A stretch of 64,000 bases of DNA from Auanema rhodensis (Eukaryota; Animalia; Nematoda), in NCBI GenBank assembly GCA_964057225.1, contig OZ059899.1, forward strand, positions 3,596,001-3,660,000. The letters run 5' to 3'. Position 1 is the stretch's first letter; each line of letters starts with the position of its first letter. Below the pieces are notes generated by a model that was given only the letters and a program-made list of their open reading frames with translations, ran no database searches and had not been told where the DNA came from. This document shows, one piece after another, positions 1 to 13,200 of the stretch. Both the position numbers and the translations under genes were made by a program.

Positions 1-141
1 GCACCGAGATATCAACTGATATAAGTTCACACATATATACCCGATTTTCACCCTGAAGAATTAATTTTTTCGTTGAATAACATTGTCCATCGTCTTTGCC
101 TTGAAAAAAGGAATCTAAAAACATCTACTTTTTGCTAAATT

Positions 142-176
142 ATTTTGAAATTTTTCGAAAAAATTTTTGTCAAAAT
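142..176. repeat. AT-rich imperfect palindrome present in each monomer
   Basis: Perfect core TTTTTCGAAAAA (151-162), flanked by ATTTTGA (142-148) and TCAAAAT (170-176). AAAAACAT (117-124) is also complementary to ATGTTTTT (175-182). Confidence 0.9.
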
Positions 177-189
177 GTTTTTGGAAGCA

Positions 190-217
190 ATGTTGAGTGT
201 ACATGGAAACTCAACAT
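190..217. repeat. Perfect 9-bp inverted repeat with 10-nt spacer, in most monomers
   Basis: ATGTTGAGT (190-198) - GTACATGGAA - ACTCAACAT (209-217). Confidence 0.95.
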
Positions 218-300
218 ACACTAATGCATCATTTTTCAAACGATCATAACTAATTTTTGTATTAAGCGTTTCTCAATGTAGTATAGTGCATTCGATGCGG

Positions 301-351
301 ATTTTCAAGCTGCGTCGATCTGTGTTATCAGATTTGCGCTAGCTTAAAAAT
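301..351. repeat. 51-bp imperfect inverted repeat at monomer end
   Basis: ATTTTCAAGCT(301-311)/AGCTTAAAAAT(341-351) with one mismatch; GCG/CGC after a 1-nt bulge; ATCTG(318-322)/CAGAT(329-333); 6-nt loop TGTTAT. Confidence 0.9.
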
Positions 352-719
352 GCACCGAGATATCAACTGATATAAGTTCACACATATATACCCGATTTTC
401 ACCCTGAAGAATTAATTTTTTCGTTGAATAACCTTGTCCATCGTCTTTGCCTTGAAAAATGGAATCTAAAAGCATCTACTTTTTGCTAAATTATCTTGAA
501 ATTTTTCGAAAAAATTTTTGTCAAAATGTTTTTGGAAGCAATGTTGAGTGTACATGGAAACTCAACATACACTAATGCATCATTTTTCAAACGATCATAA
601 CTAATTTTTGTATTAAGCGTTTCTCAATGTAGTATAGTGCATTCGATGCGGATTTTCAAGCTGCGTCGATCTGTGTTATCAGATTTGCGCTAGCTTAAAA
701 ATGCACCGAGATATCAACT

Positions 720-741
720 GATATAAGTTCACACTTATATC
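720..741. repeat. Perfect 9-bp inverted repeat with 4-nt loop, specific to 'B-type' monomers (pos 18-39; first example shown)
   Basis: GATATAAGT-TCAC-ACTTATATC in monomer 3. A-type monomers have ACATATATA as the right arm (2 mismatches). Confidence 0.93.
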
Positions 742-3700
742 CTCGATTTTCACCCTGAAGAATTAATTTTTTCGTTGAATAACATTGTCCATCGTCTTTG
801 CCTGGAAAAATGGAATCTAAAAACATCTACTTTTTGCTAAATTATTTTGAAATTTTTCGAAAAAATTTTTGTCAAAATGTTTTTGGAAGCAATGTTGAGT
901 GTACATGGAAACTCAACATACACTAATGCATCATTTTTCAAACGATCATAACTAATTTTTGTATTAAGCGTTTCTCAATGTAGTATAGTGCATTCGATGC
1001 GGATTTTCAAGCTGCGTCGATCTGTGTTATCAGATTTGCGCTAGCTTAAAAATGCACCGAGATATCAACTGATATAAGTTCACACTTATATCCTCGATTT
1101 TCACCCTGAAGAATTAATTTTTTCGTTGAATAACATTGTCCATCGTCTTTGCCTGGAAAAATGGAATCTAAAAACATCTACTTTTCGTTAAATTATTTTG
1201 AAATTTTTCGAAAAAATTTTTGTCAAAATGTTTTTGGAAGCAATGTTGAGTGTACATGGAAACTCAACATACACTAATGCATCATTTTTCAAACGATCAT
1301 AACTAATTTTTGTATCAAGTGTTTCTCAATGTAGTATAGTGCATTCGATGCGGATTTTTAAGCTGCGTCGATCTGTGTTATCAGATTTGCGCTAGCTTAA
1401 AAATGCACCGAGATATCAACTGATATAAGTTCACACTTATATCCTCGATTTTCACCCTGAAGAATTAATTTTTTCGTTGAATAACATTGTCCATCGTCTT
1501 TGCCTGGAAAAATGGAATCTAAAAACATCTACTTTTTGCTAAATTATTTTGAAATTTTTTGAAAAAATTTTTGTCAAAATGTTTTTGGAAGCAATGTTGA
1601 GTGTACATGGAAACTCAACATACACTAATGCATCATTTTTCAAACGCTCATAACTAATTTTTGTATTGAGCGTTTCTCAATGTAGTATAGTGCATTCGAT
1701 GCGGATTTTCAAGCTGCGTCGATCTGTGTTATCAGATTTGCGCTAGCTTAAAAATGCACCGAGATATCAACTGATATAAGTTCACACATATATACCCGAT
1801 TTTCACCCTGAAGAATTAATTTTTTCGTTGAATAACATTGTCCATCGTCTTTGCCTTGAAAAAAGGAATCTAAAAACATCTACTTTTTGCTAAATTATTT
1901 TGAAATTTTTCGAAAAAATTTTTGTCAAAATGTTTTTGGAAGCAATGTTGAGTGTACATGGAAACTCAACATACACTAATGCATCATTTTTCAAACGATC
2001 ATAACTAATTTGTGTATTAAGCGTTTCTCAATGTAGTATAGTGCATTCGATGCGGATTTTCAAGCTGCGTCGATCTGTGTTATCAGATTTGCGCTAGCTT
2101 AAAAATGCACCGAGATATCAACTGATATAAGTTCACACATATATACCCGATTTTCACCCTGAAGAATTAATTTTTTCGTTGAATAACATTGTCCATCGTC
2201 TTTGCCTTGAAAAAAGGAATCTAAAAACATCTACTTTTTGCTAAATTATTTTGAAATTTTTCGAAAAAATTTTTGTCAAAATGTTTTTGGAAGCAATGTT
2301 GAGTGTACATGGAAACTCAACATACACTAATGCATCATTTTTCAAACGATCATAACTAATTTGTGTATTAAGCGTTTCTCAATGTAGTATAGTGCATTCG
2401 ATGCGGATTTTCAAGCTGCGTCGATCTGTGTTATCAGATTTGCGCTAGCTTAAAAATGCACCGAGATATCAACTGATATAAGTTCACACATATATACCCG
2501 ATTTTCACCCTGAAGAATTAATTTTTTCGTTGAATAACATTGTCCATCGTCTTTGCCTTGAAAAAAGGAATCTAAAAACATCTACTTTTTGCTAAATTAT
2601 TTTGAAATTTTTCGAAAAAATTTTTGTCAAAATGTTTTTGGAAGCAATGTTGAGTGTACATGGAAACTCAACATACACTAATGCATCATTTTTCAAACGA
2701 TCATAACTAATTTTTGTATTAAGCGTTTCTCAATGTAGTATAGTGCATTCGATGCGGATTTTCAAGCTGCGTCGATCTGTGTTATCAGATTTGCGCTAGC
2801 TTAAAAATGCACCGAGATATCAACTGATATAAGTTCACACATATATACCCGATTTTCACCCTGAAGAATTAATTTTTTCGTTGAATAACATTGTCCATCG
2901 TCTTTGCCTTGAAAAAAGGAATCTAAAAACATCTACTTTTTGCTAAATTATTTTGAAATTTTTCGAAAAAATTTTTGTCAAAATGTTTTTGGAAGCAATG
3001 TTGAGTGTACATGGAAACTCAACATACACTAATGCATCATTTTTCAAACGATCATAACTAATTTGTGTATTAAGCGTTTCTCAATGTAGTATAGTGCATT
3101 CGATGCGGATTTTCAAGCTGCGTCGATCTGTGTTATCAGATTTGCGCTAGCTTAAAAATGCACCGAGATATCAACTGATATAAGTTCACACATATATACC
3201 CGATTTTCACCCTGAAGAATTAATTTTTTCGTTGAATAACATTGTCCATCGTCTTTGCCTTGAAAAAAGGAATCTAAAAACATCTACTTTTTGCTAAATT
3301 ATTTTGAAATTTTTCGAAAAAATTTTTGTCAAAATGTTTTTGGAAGCAATGTTGAGTGTACATGGAAACTCAACATACACTAATGCATCATTTTTCAAAC
3401 GATCATAACTAATTTTTGTATTAAGCGTTTCTCAATGTAGTATAGTGCATTCGATGCGGATTTTCAAGCTGCGTCGATCTGTGTTATCAGATTTGCGCTA
3501 GCTTAAAAATGCACCGAGATATCAACTGATATAAGTTCACACATATATACCCGATTTTCACCCTGAAGAATTAATTTTTTCGTTGAATAACATTGTCCAT
3601 CGTCTTTGCCTTGAAAAAAGGAATCTAAAAACATCTACTTTTTGCTAAATTATTTTGAAATTTTTCGAAAAAATTTTTGTCAAAATGTTTTTGGAAGCAA

Positions 3701-4212
3701 TGTTGAGTGTACATGGAAACTCAACATACACTAATGCATCATTTTTCAAACGATCATAACTAATTTTTGTATTAAGCGTTTCTCAATGTAGTATAGTGCA
3801 TTCGATGCGGATTTTCAAGCTGCGTCGATCTGTGTTATCAGATTTGCGCTAGCTTAAAAATGCACCGAGATATCAACTGATATAAGTTCACACATATATA
3901 CCCGATTTTCACCCTGAAGAATTAATTTTTTCGTTGAATAACATTGTCCATCGTCTTTGCCTTGAAAAAAGGAATCTAAAAACATCTACTTTTTGCTAAA
4001 TTATTTTGAAATTTTTCGAAAAAATTTTTGTCAAAATGTTTTTGGAAGCAATGTTGAGTGTACATGGAAACTCAACATACACTAATGCATCATTTTTCAA
4101 ACGATCATAACTAATTTTTGTATTAAGCGTTTCTCAATGTAATATAGTGCATTCGATGCGGATTTTCAAGCTGCGTCGATCTGTGTTATCAGATTTGCGC
4201 TAGCTTAAAAAT

Positions 4213-7200
4213 GCACCGAGATATCAACTGATATAAGTTCACACATATATACCCGATTTTCACCCTGAAGAATTAATTTTTTCGTTGAATAACATTGTCC
4301 ATCGTCTTTGCCTTGAGAAAAGGAATCTAAAAACATCTACTTTTTGCTAAATTATTTTGAAATTTTTCGAAAAAATTTTTGTCAAAATGTTTTTGGAAGC
4401 AATGTTGAGTGTACATGGAAACTCAACATACACTAATGCATCATTTTTCAAACGATCATAACTAATTTTTGTATCAAGTGTTTCTCAATGTAGTATAGTG
4501 CATTCGATGCGGATTTTTAAGCTGCGTCGATCTGTGTTATCAGATTTGCGCTAGCTTAAAAATGCACCGAGATATCAACTGATATAAGTTCACACTTATA
4601 TCCTCGATTTTCACCCTGAAGAATTAATTTTTTCGTTGAATAACATTGTCCATCGTCTTTGCCTGGAAAAATGGAATCTAAAAACATCTACTTTTTGCTA
4701 AATTATTTTGAAATTTTTCGAAAAAATTTTTGTCAAAATGTTTTTGGAAGCAATGTTGAGTGTACATGGAAACTCAACATACACTAATGCATCATTTTTC
4801 AAACGATCATAACTAATTTTTGTATTAAGCGTTTCTCAATGTAGTATAGTGCATTCGATGCGGATTTTCAAGCTGCGTCGATCTGTGTTATCAGATTTGC
4901 GCTAGCTTGAAAATGCACCGAGATATCAACTGATATAAGTTCACACTTATATCCTCGATTTTCACCCTGAAGAATTAATTTTTTCGTTGAATAACATTGT
5001 CCATCGTCTTTGCCTGGAAAAATGGAATCTAAAAACATCTACTTTTTGCTAAATTATTTTGAAATTTTTCGAAAAAATTTTTGTCAAAATGTTTTTGGAA
5101 GCAATGTTGAGTGTACATGGAAACTCAACATACACTAATGCATCATTTTTCAAACGCTCATAACTAATTTTTGTATTGAGCGTCTCTCAATGTAGTATAG
5201 TGCATTCGATGCGGATTTTCAAGCTGCGTCGATCTGTGTTATCAGATTTGCGCTAGCTTAAAAATGCACCGAGATATCAACTGATATAAGTTCACACATA
5301 TATACCCGATTTTCACCCTGAAGAATTAATTTTTTCGTTGAATAACATTGTCCATCGTCTTTGCCTTGAAAAAAGGAATCTAAAAACATCTACTTTTTGC
5401 TAAATTATTTTGAAATTTTTCGAAAAAATTTTTGTCAAAATGTTTTTGGAAGCAATGTTGAGTGTACATGGAAACTCAACATACACTAATGCATCATTTT
5501 TCAAACGATCATAACTAATTTTTGTATTAAGCGTTTCTCAATGTAGTATAGTGCATTCGATGCGGATTTTCAAGCTGCGTCGATCTGTGTTATCAGATTT
5601 GCGCTAGCTTAAAAATGCACCGAGATATCAACTGATATAAGTTCACACATATATACCCGATTTTCACCCTGAAGAATTAATTTTTTCGTTGAATAACATT
5701 GTCCATCGTCTTTGCCTTGAAAAAAGGAATCTAAAAACATCTACTTTTTGCTAAATTATTTTGAAATTTTTCGAAAAAATTTTTGTCAAAATGTTTTTGG
5801 AAGCAATGTTGAGTGTACATGGAAACTCAACATACACTAATGCATCATTTTTCAAACGATCATAACTAATTTTTGTATTAAGCGTTTCTCAATGTAGTAT
5901 AGTGCATTCGATGCGGATTTTCAAGCTGCGTCGATCTGTGTTATCAGATTTGCGCTAGCTTAAAAATGCACCGAGATATCAACTGATATAAGTTCACACA
6001 TATATACCCGATTTTCACCCTGAAGAATTAATTTTTTCGTTGAATAACATTGTCCATCGTCTTTGCCTTGAAAAAAGGAATCTAAAAACATCTACTTTTT
6101 GCTAAATTATTTTGAAATTTTTCGAAAAAATTTTTGTCAAAATGTTTTTGGAAGCAATGTTGAGTGTACATGGAAACTCAACATACACTAATGCATCATT
6201 TTTCAAACGATCATAACTAATTTGTGTATTAAGCGTTTCTCAATGTAGTATAGTGCATTCGATGCGGATTTTCAAGCTGCGTCGATCTGTGTTATCAGAT
6301 TTGCGCTAGCTTAAAAATGCACCGAGATATCAACTGATATAAGTTCACACATATATACCCGATTTTCACCCTGAAGAATTAATTTTTTCGTTGAATAACA
6401 TTGTCCATCGTCTTTGCCTTGAAAAAAGGAATCTAAAAACATCTACTTTTTGCTAAATTATTTTGAAATTTTTCGAAAAAATTTTTGTCAAAATGTTTTT
6501 GGAAGCAATGTTGAGTGTACATGGAAACTCAACATACACTAATGCATCATTTTTCAAACGATCATAACTAATTTTTGTATTAAGCGTTTCTCAATGTAGT
6601 ATAGTGCATTCGATGCGGATTTTCAAGCTGCGTCGATCTGTGTTATCAGATTTGCGCTAGCTTGAAAATGCACCGAGATATCAACTGATATAAGTTCACA
6701 CTTATATCCTCGATTTTCACCCTGAAGAATTAATTTTTTCGTTGAATAACATTGTCCATCGTCTTTGCCTGGAAAAATGGAATCTAAAAACATCTACTTT
6801 TTGCTAAATTATTTTGAAATTTTTCGAAAAAATTTTTGTCAAAATGTTTTTGGAAGCAATGTTGAGTGTACATGGAAACTCAACATACACTAATGCATCA
6901 TTTTTCAAACGCTCATAACTAATTTTTGTATTGAGCGTCTCTCAATGTAGTATAGTGCATTCGATGCGGATTTTCAAGCTGCGTCGATCTGTGTTATCAG
7001 ATTTGCGCTAGCTTAAAAATGCACCGAGATATCAACTGATATAAGTTCACACATATATACCCGATTTTCACCCTGAAGAATTAATTTTTTCGTTGAATAA
7101 CATTGTCCATCGTCTTTGCCTTGAAAAAAGGAATCTAAAAACATCTACTTTTTGCTAAATTATTTTGAAATTTTTCGAAAAAATTTTTGTCAAAATGTTT

Positions 7201-10200
7201 TTGGAAGCAATGTTGAGTGTACATGGAAACTCAACATACACTAATGCATCATTTTTCAAACGATCATAACTAATTTTTGTATTAAGCGTTTCTCAATGTA
7301 GTATAGTGCATTCGATGCGGATTTTCAAGCTGCGTCGATCTGTGTTATCAGATTTGCGCTAGCTTAAAAATGCACCGAGATATCAACTGATATAAGTTCA
7401 CACATATATACCCGATTTTCACCCTGAAGAATTAATTTTTTCGTTGAATAACATTGTCCATCGTCTTTGCCTTGAAAAAAGGAATCTAAAAACATCTACT
7501 TTTTGCTAAATTATTTTGAAATTTTTCGAAAAAATTTTTGTCAAAATGTTTTTGGAAGCAATGTTGAGTGTACATGGAAACTCAACATACACTAATGCAT
7601 CATTTTTCAAACGATCATAACTAATTTTTGTATTAAGCGTTTCTCAATGTAGTATAGTGCATTCGATGCGGATTTTCAAGCTGCGTCGATCTGTGTTATC
7701 AGATTTGCGCTAGCTTAAAAATGCACCGAGATATCAACTGATATAAGTTCACACATATATACCCGATTTTCACCCTGAAGAATTAATTTTTTCGTTGAAT
7801 AACATTGTCCATCGTCTTTGCCTTGAAAAAAGGAATCTAAAAACATCTACTTTTTGCTAAATTATTTTGAAATTTTTCGAAAAAATTTTTGTCAAAATGT
7901 TTTTGGAAGCAATGTTGAGTGTACATGGAAACTCAACATACACTAATGCATCATTTTTCAAACGATCATAACTAATTTGTGTATTAAGCGTTTCTCAATG
8001 TAGTATAGTGCATTCGATGCGGATTTTCAAGCTGCGTCGATCTGTGTTATCAGATTTGCGCTAGCTTAAAAATGCACCGAGATATCAACTGATATAAGTT
8101 CACACATATATACCCGATTTTCACCCTGAAGAATTAATTTTTTCGTTGAATAACATTGTCCATCGTCTTTGCCTTGAAAAAAGGAATCTAAAAACATCTA
8201 CTTTTTGCTAAATTATTTTGAAATTTTTCGAAAAAATTTTTGTCAAAATGTTTTTGGAAGCAATGTTGAGTGTACATGGAAACTCAACATACACTAATGC
8301 ATCATTTTTCAAACGATCATAACTAATTTTTGTATTAAGCGTTTCTCAATGTAGTATAGTGCATTCGATGCGGATTTTCAAGCTGCGTCGATCTGTGTTA
8401 TCAGATTTGCGCTAGCTTAAAAATGCACCGAGATATCAACTGATATAAGTTCACACATATATACCCGATTTTCACCCTGAAGAATTAATTTTTTCGTTGA
8501 ATAACATTGTCCATCGTCTTTGCCTTGAGAAAAGGAATCTAAAAACATCTACTTTTTGCTAAATTATTTTGAAATTTTTCGAAAAAATTTTTGTCAAAAT
8601 GTTTTTGGAAGCAATGTTGAGTGTACATGGAAACTCAACATACACTAATGCATCATTTTTCAAACGATCATAACTAATTTTTGTATCAAGTGTTTCTCAA
8701 TGTAGTATAGTGCATTCGATGCGGATTTTTAAGCTGCGTCGATCTGTGTTATCAGATTTGCGCTAGCTTAAAAATGCACCGAGATATCAACTGATATAAG
8801 TTCACACTTATATCCTCGATTTTCACCCTGAAGAATTAATTTTTTCGTTGAATAACATTGTCCATCGTCTTTGCCTGGAAAAATGGAATCTAAAAACATC
8901 TACTTTTTGCTAAATTATTTTGAAATTTTTCGAAAAAATTTTTGTCAAAATGTTTTTGGAAGCAATGTTGAGTGTACATGGAAACTCAACATACACTAAT
9001 GCATCATTTTTCAAACGATCATAACTAATTTTTGTATTAAGCGTTTCTCAATGTAGTATAGTGCATTCGATGCGGATTTTCAAGCTGCGTCGATCTGTGT
9101 TATCAGATTTGCGCTAGCTTGAAAATGCACCGAGATATCAACTGATATAAGTTCACACTTATATCCTCGATTTTCACCCTGAAGAATTAATTTTTTCGTT
9201 GAATAACATTGTCCATCGTCTTTGCCTGGAAAAATGGAATCTAAAAACATCTACTTTTTGCTAAATTATTTTGAAATTTTTCGAAAAAATTTTTGTCAAA
9301 ATGTTTTTGGAAGCAATGTTGAGTGTACATGGAAACTCAACATACACTAATGCATCATTTTTCAAACGCTCATAACTAATTTTTGTATTGAGCGTTTCTC
9401 AATGTAGTATAGTGCATTCGATGCGGATTTTCAAGCTGCGTCGATCTGTGTTATCAGATTTGCGCTAGCTTAAAAATGCACCGAGATATCAACTGATATA
9501 AGTTCACACATATATACCCGATTTTCACCCTGAAGAATTAATTTTTTCGTTGAATAACATTGTCCATCGTCTTTGCCTTGAAAAAAGGAATCTAAAAACA
9601 TCTACTTTTTGCTAAATTATTTTGAAATTTTTCGAAAAAATTTTTGTCAAAATGTTTTTGGAAGCAATGTTGAGTGTACATGGAAACTCAACATACACTA
9701 ATGCATCATTTTTCAAACGATCATAACTAATTTGTGTATTAAGCGTTTCTCAATGTAGTATAGTGCATTCGATGCGGATTTTCAAGCTGCGTCGATCTGT
9801 GTTATCAGATTTGCGCTAGCTTAAAAATGCACCGAGATATCAACTGATATAAGTTCACACATATATACCCGATTTTCACCCTGAAGAATTAATTTTTTCG
9901 TTGAATAACATTGTCCATCGTCTTTGCCTTGAAAAAAGGAATCTAAAAACATCTACTTTTTGCTAAATTATTTTGAAATTTTTCGAAAAAATTTTTGTCA
10001 AAATGTTTTTGGAAGCAATGTTGAGTGTACATGGAAACTCAACATACACTAATGCATCATTTTTCAAACGATCATAACTAATTTGTGTATTAAGCGTTTC
10101 TCAATGTAGTATAGTGCATTCGATGCGGATTTTCAAGCTGCGTCGATCTGTGTTATCAGATTTGCGCTAGCTTAAAAATGCACCGAGATATCAACTGATA

Positions 10201-13200
10201 TAAGTTCACACATATATACCCGATTTTCACCCTGAAGAATTAATTTTTTCGTTGAATAACATTGTCCATCGTCTTTGCCTTGAAAAAAGGAATCTAAAAA
10301 CATCTACTTTTTGCTAAATTATTTTGAAATTTTTCGAAAAAATTTTTGTCAAAATGTTTTTGGAAGCAATGTTGAGTGTACATGGAAACTCAACATACAC
10401 TAATGCATCATTTTTCAAACGATCATAACTAATTTGTGTATTAAGCGTTTCTCAATGTAGTATAGTGCATTCGATGCGGATTTTCAAGCTGCGTCGATCT
10501 GTGTTATCAGATTTGCGCTAGCTTAAAAATGCACCGAGATATCAACTGATATAAGTTCACACATATATACCCGATTTTCACCCTGAAGAATTAATTTTTT
10601 CGTTGAATAACATTGTCCATCGTCTTTGCCTTGAAAAAAGGAATCTAAAAACATCTACTTTTTGCTAAATTATTTTGAAATTTTTCGAAAAAATTTTTGT
10701 CAAAATGTTTTTGGAAGCAATGTTGAGTGTACATGGAAACTCAACATACACTAATGCATCATTTTTCAAACGATCATAACTAATTTGTGTATTAAGCGTT
10801 TCTCAATGTAGTATAGTGCATTCGATGCGGATTTTCAAGCTGCGTCGATCTGTGTTATCAGATTTGCGCTAGCTTAAAAATGCACCGAGATATCAACTGA
10901 TATAAGTTCACACATATATACCCGATTTTCACCCTGAAGAATTAATTTTTTCGTTGAATAACATTGTCCATCGTCTTTGCCTTGAAAAAAGGAATCTAAA
11001 AACATCTACTTTTTGCTAAATTATTTTGAAATTTTTCGAAAAAATTTTTGTCAAAATGTTTTTGGAAGCAATGTTGAGTGTACATGGAAACTCAACATAC
11101 ACTAATGCATCATTTTTCAAACGATCATAACTAATTTTTGTATTAAGCGTTTCTCAATGTAGTATAGTGCATTCGATGCGGATTTTCAAGCTGCGTCGAT
11201 CTGTGTTATCAGATTTGCGCTAGCTTAAAAATGCACCGAGATATCAACTGATATAAGTTCACACATATATACCCGATTTTCACCCTGAAGAATTAATTTT
11301 TTCGTTGAATAACATTGTCCATCGTCTTTGCCTTGAGAAAAGGAATCTAAAAACATCTACTTTTTGCTAAATTATTTTGAAATTTTTCGAAAAAATTTTT
11401 GTCAAAATGTTTTTGGAAGCAATGTTGAGTGTACATGGAAACTCAACATACACTAATGCATCATTTTTCAAACGATCATAACTAATTTTTGTATCAAGTG
11501 TTTCTCAATGTAGTATAGTGCATTCGATGCGGATTTTTAAGCTGCGTCGATCTGTGTTATCAGATTTGCGCTAGCTTAAAAATGCACCGAGATATCAACT
11601 GATATAAGTTCACACTTATATCCTCGATTTTCACCCTGAAGAATTAATTTTTTCGTTGAATAACATTGTCCATCGTCTTTGCCTGGAAAAATGGAATCTA
11701 AAAACATCTACTTTTTGCTAAATTATTTTGAAATTTTTCGAAAAAATTTTTGTCAAAATGTTTTTGGAAGCAATGTTGAGTGTACATGGAAACTCAACAT
11801 ACACTAATGCATCATTTTTCAAACGATCATAACTAATTTTTGTATTAAGCGTTTCTCAATGTAGTTTAGTGCATTCGATGCGGATTTTCAAGCTGCGTCG
11901 ATCTGTGTTATCAGATTTGCGCTAGCTTAAAAATGCACCGAGATATCAACTGATATAAGTTCACACATATATACCCGATTTTCACCCTGAAGAATTAATT
12001 TTTTCGTTGAATAACATTGTCCATCGTCTTTGCCTTGAAAAAAGGAATCTAAAAACATCTACTTTTTGCTAAATTATTTTGAAATTTTTCGAAAAAATTT
12101 TTGTCAAAATGTTTTTGGAAGCAATGTTGAGTGTACATGGAAACTCAACATACACTAATGCATCATTTTTCAAACGATCATAACTAATTTGTGTATTAAG
12201 CGTTTCTCAATGTAGTATAGTGCATTCGATGCGGATTTTCAAGCTGCGTCGATCTGTGTTATCAGATTTGCGCTAGCTTAAAAATGCACCGAGATATCAA
12301 CTGATATAAGTTCACACATATATACCCGATTTTCACCCTGAAGAATTAATTTTTTCGTTGAATAACATTGTCCATCGTCTTTGCCTTGAAAAAAGGAATC
12401 TAAAAACATCTACTTTTTGCTAAATTATTTTGAAATTTTTCGAAAAAATTTTTGTCAAAATGTTTTTGGAAGCAATGTTGAGTGTACATGGAAACTCAAC
12501 ATACACTAATGCATCATTTTTCAAACGATCATAACTAATTTGTGTATTAAGCGTTTCTCAATGTAGTATAGTGCATTCGATGCGGATTTTCAAGCTGCGT
12601 CGATCTGTGTTATCAGATTTGCGCTAGCTTAAAAATGCACCGAGATATCAACTGATATAAGTTCACACATATATACCCGATTTTCACCCTGAAGAATTAA
12701 TTTTTCCGTTGAATAACATTGTCCATCGTCTTTGCCTTGAAAAAAGGAATCTAAAAACATCTACTTTTTGCTAAATTATTTTGAAATTTTTCGAAAAAAT
12801 TTTTGTCAAAATGTTTTTGGAAGCAATGTTGAGTGTACATGGAAACTCAACATACACTAATGCATCATTTTTCAAACGATCATAACTAATTTTTGTATTA
12901 AGCGTTTCTCAATGTAGTATAGTGCATTCGATGCGGATTTTCAAGCTGCGTCGATCTGTGTTATCAGATTTGCGCTAGCTTAAAAATGCACCGAGATATC
13001 AACTGATATAAGTTCACACATATATACCCGATTTTCACCCTGAAGAATTAATTTTTTCGTTGAATAACATTGTCCATCGTCTTTGCCTTGAGAAAAGGAA
13101 TCTAAAAACATCTACTTTTTGCTAAATTATTTTGAAATTTTTCGAAAAAATTTTTGTCAAAATGTTTTTGGAAGCAATGTTGAGTGTACATGGAAACTCA

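Larger units (their letters stand above)
1..351. repeat. Reference ('A-type') monomer, 351 bp
   Basis: Commonest haplotype. 111/351 G+C, 12 CpG. Carries EcoRV (8-13), AseI (60-65), BstBI (154-159), BsrGI (198-203), NsiI (224-229) and NheI (338-343) sites. Confidence 0.97.

Noticed and set aside
68-84. CENP-B-box-like TTTCGTTGAATAACATT
   Set aside because: It matches the TTCG and A of NTTCGNNNNANNCGGGN but lacks the essential CGGG.
1-351. Monomer as an ancient dimer of about 175-bp subunits
   Set aside because: No alignable similarity between the two halves by eye; only short AT-rich matches.
1-351. Tandem 5S rRNA, tRNA, snRNA or spliced-leader gene unit
   Set aside because: No recognisable structural-RNA sequence or internal Pol III promoter boxes. 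An Rfam/Infernal search would be needed to exclude this formally.
241-366. Derivation from a MITE/foldback transposon (weak GATCATAACT vs AGATATCAAC symmetry)
   Set aside because: Only about 7/10 complementarity, and no terminal inverted repeats, target-site duplications or flanks in the window to test it.
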